From: an uncultured archaeon
GTDB lineage: Archaea > Thermoproteota > Bathyarchaeia > Bathyarchaeales > Bathycorpusculaceae
Reading direction: 5' to 3'
NCBI GenBank assembly: GCA_963810275.1
Contig: CAWENF010000006.1
Location: 1 to 13,200, forward strand
Length of the DNA stretch: 13,200 nt
Position 1 is the first letter of the stretch. Every line of letters begins with the position of its first letter. This document shows positions 7,304 to 13,200 of this stretch, piece after piece. The notes below the pieces were generated by a model, which saw only the letters and a list, made by a program, of their open reading frames with translations, had not been told where the DNA came from and made no database searches. Both the position numbers and the translations under genes were made by a program.

Positions 7304-9220
7304 ATGGAATTTGAATTTATTCTTGTAGCTGTAGCCTCAACGTTAATCCTAATCGACATACTCCTACCCTTATCACCAAGTTTTTTTCGCAAACGATTAA
7401 GCAAATATACACTTGCATTCAGTACGCTGGCCTTCATCCTCATAGTCGGGGCATACATCCAACTGCTATTGGCGTTTGTTAACAATGATTTTTCTTTCTC
7501 AAACGTTTACTCGTTTAGTTCCTCAAATCTACCAATACTATCCAAAGTCTATGCAAGCTGGGCAGGAGCTGGAGGTTCAATGCTTCTACTTTCAATTACT
7601 TTGAGCTTTTTCTATTTCGGCTCAAAGTTAGCAGCGTACAAAAAGCCGGAAAAATTCCAAATCAGCTACAGCCAGATTTTAGGATTTGTAGTTTTAATTT
7701 TCTTAATAGTTACACTACTGCGAAATCCCTTTGAACTCCTTCCCACTGCGGCGGTGGAAGGCTTAGGGCTCAATCCGCAGCTCCAAAGTTTCTGGATGGC
7801 AATTCACCCGCCAATCGTGTTTTCCGCTTATGCCTTTGTGGTTTTAGCCTTTGCTTTGACCGTTGCCAGCTTACGAACCAACCAAGACCTAGAAAAGAAC
7901 ATTCTTTTCAAAATCTCTACATATGCCGCGTGGATTCTTCTAACAATTGGAATAGCATTGGGGGGCGTATGGGCGTATGCCGTTTTAGGGTGGGGCGGAT
8001 ACTGGGCCTGGGATCCAGTTGAAACCGCGTCACTTCTACCTTGGCTTCTACTTACAGGATATTTCTTAACTCGGACGCTATCAAAACACAAAACGAGTCT
8101 AACCCAAGAAACAATGATTATGCTAACTTTTGCCAGCCTTGTATTCCTCAGCGCCTTAACTCGAGGGGGCTTAACGCAGTCTGTCCACTCATACGCAACC
8201 TCCGCCATAGGCCCAGTTATGCTTTCCTTCGCAGCAATCATGGTGGGTTTATTCTTTTTCTTTGCTAGGGGCAAAAAGAAGCCTTTCTTTAAACTCGAAA
8301 CTAAGAGGACCTCGCTGGTTTCCCGGTCGAGTTATGTTGCTTTTCTGGCGTTAACCCTAATATCAATCGTCTGTTTAGTGGGATTGGCTTTTAGCGATTT
8401 CCCTTACAGCTACTTAACGTATCCGTTTGTTCTGTTGTTTGTTATATCCCTGGTTGGTTTTAGCTTAGATGACAAAACCCATTATGCCAGGCAGTTCCTA
8501 ATCGTTGTTGCCTCGATAATTGTAGGTGTAGGACTCTCTGTGGCAGGGGTGTTCTCGGTTAACATCTTGCTGACTTTGACTACTCCATTGTTTGCAGTGG
8601 TGTTTGCTTTGATGCTTTATCGCATTGTTAAGTCTGCGAGAAGAAAAACGATGCTTTGGCAGCGCCTCTTTGGATTGGCGGTTATAGTTATGCTGATTGG
8701 CGTGTTTGTGAGCGCAGGGGCAAAAACTTCCCAAACAATAACCGATGTAAAATCTAACATTCCCACAGAAGCACTGGATATGACTTTAGAAATAAGTAAC
8801 CTCAAAGTCGTAAACGCAACCTCAGAAGTTTACAGTCCCCAAGCCCAAAGCGTGCTTCCCCAGTACTCAGCAGTCACCGCAGACATAACCATCAAGCAAT
8901 CAGGCGCTACCTATGCTGGCGAAATTTCTGCCAGTTTTTACCCAAATTACGGCTTAGCATTGACACCTCTAATAATTAGCACGGCAACTGGCGACCTATA
9001 TGTGCATATGGAAATCGACCAAGAACTCTACGATATCTTAACCGCTCAACTTACGGGAAATAGCACTACCCCTACCGTAGTGTCATTGACCGCCCAGAAT
9101 ATCCCACTGGTTTACTTAGTCTGGGTAGGTGTCACTTTGATGGTTGCTTCAATGATGATAGAGTTTGTGGTTGATTTGCGTCAAACCCGCCGTCAGCAGC
9201 TTATGGTCAGCCAAAGCTAA
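7304..9220 (+). CDS. ccmF: Cytochrome c maturation protein CcmF/NrfE family (System I haem lyase)
   Basis: NDFS, WAGAGGSMLL, GLNPQLQ...IHPP, WWD domain WAYAVLGWGGYWAWDPVETASLLPW, TRGG...SVHSY, many TM helices, extracellular C-terminal domain and final PLVYLVWVG helix. TTTAAATA at 7259-7266 upstream. Confidence 0.92.
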   Translation: MEFEFILVAVASTLILIDILLPLSPSFFRKRLSKYTLAFSTLAFILIVGAYIQLLLAFVNNDFSFSNVYSFSSSNLPILSKVYASWAGAGGSMLLLSITLSFFYFGSKLAAYKKPEKFQISYSQILGFVVLIFLIVTLLRNPFELLPTAAVEGLGLNPQLQSFWMAIHPPIVFSAYAFVVLAFALTVASLRTNQDLEKNILFKISTYAAWILLTIGIALGGVWAYAVLGWGGYWAWDPVETASLLPWLLLTGYFLTRTLSKHKTSLTQETMIMLTFASLVFLSALTRGGLTQSVHSYATSAIGPVMLSFAAIMVGLFFFFARGKKKPFFKLETKRTSLVSRSSYVAFLALTLISIVCLVGLAFSDFPYSYLTYPFVLLFVISLVGFSLDDKTHYARQFLIVVASIIVGVGLSVAGVFSVNILLTLTTPLFAVVFALMLYRIVKSARRKTMLWQRLFGLAVIVMLIGVFVSAGAKTSQTITDVKSNIPTEALDMTLEISNLKVVNATSEVYSPQAQSVLPQYSAVTADITIKQSGATYAGEISASFYPNYGLALTPLIISTATGDLYVHMEIDQELYDILTAQLTGNSTTPTVVSLTAQNIPLVYLVWVGVTLMVASMMIEFVVDLRQTRRQQLMVSQS

Positions 9221-9647
9221 TGTGCAAAAGATAGTACAAGATGCCCAAGGTCAAAGAGAGCAGCCAAAACGATAGGATTTTCCACATGGTCTTTTTTCTA
9301 GGGGCGCAGTAGGCGGTGCTGCTGTTCTCGTTTATCGCCCAGATCCACAAAAGCCATACGCCTAAGACAACAGCGACTACTCCGATTATTCCGTGTATAA
9401 CTCCTGACAATGCTACAAAATCAAACGTTAACACTAATTCAGAGACTGCTTCAACAAACGATGGCCCCATGTGGGCAATTAATAGTAGCACTGTGATTAA
9501 CATGACTACTATCATAGAGTTTCCGTGCCAAACCCATTTGCGCTTTCTCTCCAAGTACAGGCTTAAGCCAATTAGGCATAACGCAGCAACAAATAGGATG
9601 ATGTTTGCCTCTGCCATCCATTCATGAACTACCTCGTAAGTAACCAT
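9207..9647 (-). CDS. DUF420 / CtaM(YozB)-like 4-TM membrane protein
   Basis: Four TM helices, KRKWVWHGNSM, VIHGIIG and C-terminal WLLSLTLGILYY patterns, GGAGAG SD. Divergent from ccoN and overlaps the ccmF 3' end by 14 nt. Confidence 0.7.
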   Translation of the reverse strand: MVTYEVVHEWMAEANIILFVAALCLIGLSLYLERKRKWVWHGNSMIVVMLITVLLLIAHMGPSFVEAVSELVLTFDFVALSGVIHGIIGVVAVVLGVWLLWIWAINENSSTAYCAPRKKTMWKILSFWLLSLTLGILYYLLHISFG

Positions 9648-9679
9648 GCGCTCTCCAAGTATCTAATGTAGGGAACAGG

Positions 9680-9740
9680 AATTTTTAAAAATTTCTAAAA
9701 AACAGGTCTCTAACGATGCCAAATTGAAAAAATTTAATAA
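9680..9740. promoter_or_regulatory. Divergent archaeal promoter region for the DUF420 gene and the cco operon
   Basis: Palindrome AATTTTTAAAAATT at 9680-9693 (TATA-like for the minus-strand gene). Purine-rich BRE GAAAAAA followed by TTTAATAA at 9733-9740 upstream of ccoN. Confidence 0.55.
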
Positions 9741-9782
9741 ACCCTACCTACAAGCTAGTTAGCGGAGTTAAAGGTTGTTTTT

Positions 9783-11222
9783 ATGCCGATCGAACAAGAT
9801 AGCGCTAAAGCTGATGATAAGGACAATAATTCTTTTGATTTAAAAACGGGCGACTCTGTTGTAAAATACTGGTGGTACTCAGCCATTTTATGGTTCCCAA
9901 TTTTCACCATTTTCGGCATGATAATGGCTATAAAGTTTTTTTATCCAACCTTCATGATTGATGCCGCCTGGGAAACCTTTGGCCGAATACGACCTGCACA
10001 CGTAAACGGTTTGCTCTTCGGATTCTTATCTTCAGGCTTAATCGGCGCAATGTACTACGTAACACCAAGGCTAAGTCATAGATCCCTTTTCCAACCTCTA
10101 ATTGGCAAAATTTCTGCGGTCCTATGGAACGGCGCCGTCTTATCGGGAGTACTTCTCATCTTAAGCGGCAACACACAAGCACGTGAATACGCCGAAATGC
10201 CTTGGGTAATAGACATTTTAGTCCTGACAACCCTCATATTAATTGGCATAACAATCATTGGAACCATTCTCAAACGTCGAGAACGCAAACTCTACGTCAG
10301 CCTCTGGTTTTTCGCTGCTATATTTCTCTGGTTCCCCATCGTTTACTTCATAGGAAACGTAGTGTGGAACCCGCCGTCAGGTGCGCTTTTTGGATTAACA
10401 GACGCCATAGTCAACTGGTTCTATGGCCATAACGTTTTGGGTCTCTGGTTCACACCTTTTGGTTTAGCTCTGTGGTACTATTTCATACCTAAACTCTCAA
10501 AGAGAGCCCTCTACAGCGTTACTCTTTCGTTAATCAGCTTCTTTGCATTAGCCTTCTTTTACACTGGCGTAGGAGGACATCATCTTCTTCAGTCTTCGAT
10601 TCCAGAGTGGCTTAAGACAATCGCAGTTGCAACCAGTGGACTGATGATGCTTTCAGTTTTAACCTTCGCCACAAACATTGGCATGACACTTCGTGGCGCA
10701 TGGAAAGAAATCATGAGCAACGTGCCGCTAAGGTTTATCGTTTTTGGCTTCGTTTGCTACATATTCGTTTCGATACAGGGAACCTTCCAAGCCCTAAGAG
10801 ACATGAACCTTTACCTACATTATTCACAATGGACCGTGATGCACTCTCACCTTTCTCTTTATGCGTCGTTTGGCATCACAATCATGGGCATGATGTTTTG
10901 GGCGCTTCCAAAAATTATTCAAAAACCTCTTTACAGCAAAAAACTCATGGATGTAACCTGGTGGGTATCTCTACTCGGCTTCGTAATCTTTATGTTAGGC
11001 ATGATGCTAGCTGGTTTAGTGGCCAATGCTAACTGGTTCACTCACCAAACAATCGCCCAAGCCCTACCAACATTAGAACCCTACTTCGTGATCAGAGCGA
11101 TAGGCGGAGGCATAGTTGTAGTTTCAGCCTTCCTCTTCGCAATAAACATTATTATGACCATTATTTCAAAAAGAAAAATTCCCCCTATGATTGAAGACAC
11201 ATCAGAGGTGCAGCAACAATGA
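9783..11222 (+). CDS. ccoN: cbb3-type (C-family) haem-copper oxidase subunit I
   Basis: About 12 TM helices. TFGRIRPAH (H73), REYAE, LYVSLW, NWFYGHN (H216), YYFIPK, YTGVGGHH (helix VII Tyr260, H266/H267), LHYSQWTVMHSH (H354/H356). All six His ligands and the C-family cross-link Tyr are present. Confidence 0.93.
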   Translation: MPIEQDSAKADDKDNNSFDLKTGDSVVKYWWYSAILWFPIFTIFGMIMAIKFFYPTFMIDAAWETFGRIRPAHVNGLLFGFLSSGLIGAMYYVTPRLSHRSLFQPLIGKISAVLWNGAVLSGVLLILSGNTQAREYAEMPWVIDILVLTTLILIGITIIGTILKRRERKLYVSLWFFAAIFLWFPIVYFIGNVVWNPPSGALFGLTDAIVNWFYGHNVLGLWFTPFGLALWYYFIPKLSKRALYSVTLSLISFFALAFFYTGVGGHHLLQSSIPEWLKTIAVATSGLMMLSVLTFATNIGMTLRGAWKEIMSNVPLRFIVFGFVCYIFVSIQGTFQALRDMNLYLHYSQWTVMHSHLSLYASFGITIMGMMFWALPKIIQKPLYSKKLMDVTWWVSLLGFVIFMLGMMLAGLVANANWFTHQTIAQALPTLEPYFVIRAIGGGIVVVSAFLFAINIIMTIISKRKIPPMIEDTSEVQQQ

Positions 11223-12808
11223 GCAACTTCGAGAAGAAACTCGAGCATAAACTAGAAAAAATCGAAAACACAGCCAATAAACAAATTAAAACTATGAGCA
11301 AAAAAACCACGATAAGAAACCTTTTTCCTATTGCCGCTGGTGGGTTAGCAGTATTTCTGCTGATGGTCAGCATGGTTGTTGTTGCTCCTTACATGTTTCT
11401 GCTTGATGTTCCAGCGTCCGATACTGCTCACCCTTACACCACACAAGAGCAGGAAGGCAGAACGCTTTTCATGAGTTTGGGCTGCTTCTACTGTCACTCC
11501 CAGCAGGTTCGTGAAGCTGACTGGGGGTTAGGTAATGTTTCCCAAGAAGGTGATTACGTCTACGATAGTCCAAACGCTTTAGGCACAGAACGTACCGGAC
11601 CGGATTTAGCCCAGATAGGTGGTATGCGGCCTTCAATTTGGCATCACCTCCATGATCGTGATCCCCGTAGTGTCAGCCCTGGCTCAATTATGCCTAACTT
11701 TAAGTTCTTAACTGACGACCAAATCGATGCATTAACTGCTTACATCCAGAATCTAGGGCAAGAAAACCTCCAAGTGCAGCAGTCAGTCACCAACGGCTCG
11801 GCATTTCACCCAGTTGTTCCTGAAAATTACCTTAATGTATCTAACCAGTTCGGCCCAATCTACATGACTGCGCTATCAGAGTACGATGCAGAAAATGACG
11901 TGTTCAACGGAAACCAGTCCCTTGCAGACCAGTGGGCAGCAATCTACAACACTGCCAAAGCAGACTATACTGCGCGTTGCCTGCCGTGTCATGGATGCTC
12001 AGGAAACGCTCAGGGACCCTACGCCCGCCATGTTGTTACTCAACCAGCTAACTTACACGAACGAATAGCAACATTCCCCGGCGACAATTACCACATCTGG
12101 CGTGTTACTGAAGGAGTACCCGGCACAGCAATGCCTGCATGGGGATTAACACTTAATGATACACAAATTCAAATGATTGCAGTTTACGAAATGAGCTTTG
12201 TTTTTGGCTCAGCCAGAACAATCGATGGCGCAATCTCTGATATGGAAGGCGACGCTTTTGCCCAGTCAACCCTAAATTCTCCACCAATTGCTGGCACGCA
12301 GCAAGAGTTCCAGAAAGGCAGTGACCTCTTTACCTTGTACTGTGCCCAATGTCACGGCACGGATGGACAAGGAGATGGTCCTGCCTCCGGCGAAGTTTCG
12401 GGGGGCTACATTGTGCCTGTTCCAGCGAACTTTACCGAATCGGGAAGTGACTTTGAAATGTATGGCAGATACGTCTGGAAAGTTAAGGAAGGTGTAGAAA
12501 CAACAAATATGCCACCATGGAAAAACGCTTTGACTAACGATGAAATCTATCAGGTCGTATTCTTCATTCAGAGCTTTGCTACCCCGCAGGATTATAACGC
12601 AAAGTGGGGTCCACAATACAGCGATCCATTTGCCAAAAATCTGAAACTCAACCAGTCAAGCATATCCACAAACCCAGCTGCAGCCTTGGTTCTTTTAGCT
12701 GCAATTGTGTTGTGGGAGAAAAAGTTAAGCCGCCAAACAAACCTTTTCAAATACGTCAATAATAAGAAGCTAATCCATAAAATTGGTTTGTGGAGGTGTA
12801 ATCATTGA
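11219..12808 (+). CDS. ccoO: cbb3 oxidase subunit II (CcoO) fused to two further class I cytochrome c domains; three CxxCH, N- and C-terminal hydrophobic anchors
   Basis: CcoO motifs GCFYCHSQQVR, LGTERTGPDLA, PRSVSPGSIMP, then CLPCH...AMPAW and CAQCH...NMPPW. ATGA overlap with ccoN and a GAGGTG SD. Confidence 0.9.
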   Translation: MSNFEKKLEHKLEKIENTANKQIKTMSKKTTIRNLFPIAAGGLAVFLLMVSMVVVAPYMFLLDVPASDTAHPYTTQEQEGRTLFMSLGCFYCHSQQVREADWGLGNVSQEGDYVYDSPNALGTERTGPDLAQIGGMRPSIWHHLHDRDPRSVSPGSIMPNFKFLTDDQIDALTAYIQNLGQENLQVQQSVTNGSAFHPVVPENYLNVSNQFGPIYMTALSEYDAENDVFNGNQSLADQWAAIYNTAKADYTARCLPCHGCSGNAQGPYARHVVTQPANLHERIATFPGDNYHIWRVTEGVPGTAMPAWGLTLNDTQIQMIAVYEMSFVFGSARTIDGAISDMEGDAFAQSTLNSPPIAGTQQEFQKGSDLFTLYCAQCHGTDGQGDGPASGEVSGGYIVPVPANFTESGSDFEMYGRYVWKVKEGVETTNMPPWKNALTNDEIYQVVFFIQSFATPQDYNAKWGPQYSDPFAKNLKLNQSSISTNPAAALVLLAAIVLWEKKLSRQTNLFKYVNNKKLIHKIGLWRCNH

Positions 12809-12954
12809 ATTTTGACTTGCTAATTTACTCCATCGGTGCTTTGATGATTACAATGATTACCGCCGGTTTTGTGATTTGGGCGTTTAAAACTAAACAGTTT
12901 GAAGCTAACGATTTTCTCCGCTACTACCCCTTAGAGGAGGATGAAGAACAATGA
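12805..12954 (+). CDS. ccoS: cbb3 oxidase assembly protein CcoS/FixS-like, 49 aa (not in ORF track)
   Basis: Manual translation MNFDLLIYSIGALMITMITAGFVIWAFKTKQFEANDFLRYYPLEEDEEQ. One TM, a WAxKxxQF motif and an acidic tail. GGAGGTG SD at 12792-12798 and TTGA overlap with the upstream stop. Confidence 0.8.
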   Translation: MNFDLLIYSIGALMITMITAGFVIWAFKTKQFEANDFLRYYPLEEDEEQ

Positions 12955-13200
12955 GTTTTGTCGTAAGAATAGTGGAGTTATCCGCCAACGACGTGTATTT
13001 AGCCTTGTTCCTTATTGCTGCTGTTATAATAGCCATTGCTTTAATTGTTAGAAGCTCAGACGAGTACTCTGTAAAAAAGACTCAGGATAACTCTGAGGAA
13101 TTCGCTGGAGAAATCCGCGACTCCAAAGGTCCAGTAACTAAGTGGCTTTGGGTAGCCTACATTGTTCTGATTATTTGGGCAGTTGCGTATTTGGCCCAGC
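12951..13200 (+). CDS. CcoP/FixP N-terminal membrane domain-like protein, 3'-truncated by the window (not in ORF track)
   Basis: Manual translation MSFVVRIVELSANDVYLALFLIAAVIIAIALIVRSSDEYSVKKTQDNSEEFAGEIRDSKGPVTKWLWVAYIVLIIWAVAYLAQ. TM-loop-TM layout resembling CcoP FDGIEEYDNPLPRWW...Y. GAGGAGG SD and ATGA overlap with ccoS. Confidence 0.7.
   Translation, partial: MSFVVRIVELSANDVYLALFLIAAVIIAIALIVRSSDEYSVKKTQDNSEEFAGEIRDSKGPVTKWLWVAYIVLIIWAVAYLAQ

Noticed and set aside
9783-11222. Nitric oxide reductase NorB interpretation
   Set aside because: Has the C-family YGHN motif and helix VII Tyr, lacks the NorB HLWVEG glutamate motif, and is followed by ccoO and ccoS.
7249-12616. Antisense and alternate-frame ORFs within ccmF, the DUF420 gene, ccoN and ccoO
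   Set aside because: Shadows of strongly supported genes.
1-13200. CRISPR array, tRNA, rRNA or transposase
   Set aside because: No regularly spaced repeats, cloverleaf, rRNA-like sequence or transposase motifs were seen by eye.

Overview
Archaeal-looking window. Evidence: TATA/BRE-type promoters about 25-40 nt before starts, leaderless genes, and GGTGA/GGAGGTG ribosome-binding sites. Gene style suggests Bathyarchaeia, which is inference only. Left part: small membrane and secreted proteins (including a 4-His cytochrome b-like protein), a membrane-anchored TIR-domain protein, and an intact terminase large subunit with an overlapping HTH/coiled-coil partner (TerS-like) and a divergent small gene. 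No portal, capsid or integrase genes lie next to them. Middle: an AT-rich patch and a PRC-barrel gene. Right part: a cytochrome c maturation and respiration locus with ccmF, a DUF420/CtaM-like gene, and a translationally coupled cbb3-type (C-family) oxidase operon. The operon reads ccoN, a tri-haem CcoO fusion, ccoS, then a CcoP N-terminal membrane piece cut by the window edge; the last two genes are missing from the ORF track. Main findings: a cbb3 oxidase with rearranged subunits in an apparent archaeon, a CcmF lacking both haem-b ligand histidines, and the orphan terminase module facing a TIR gene.
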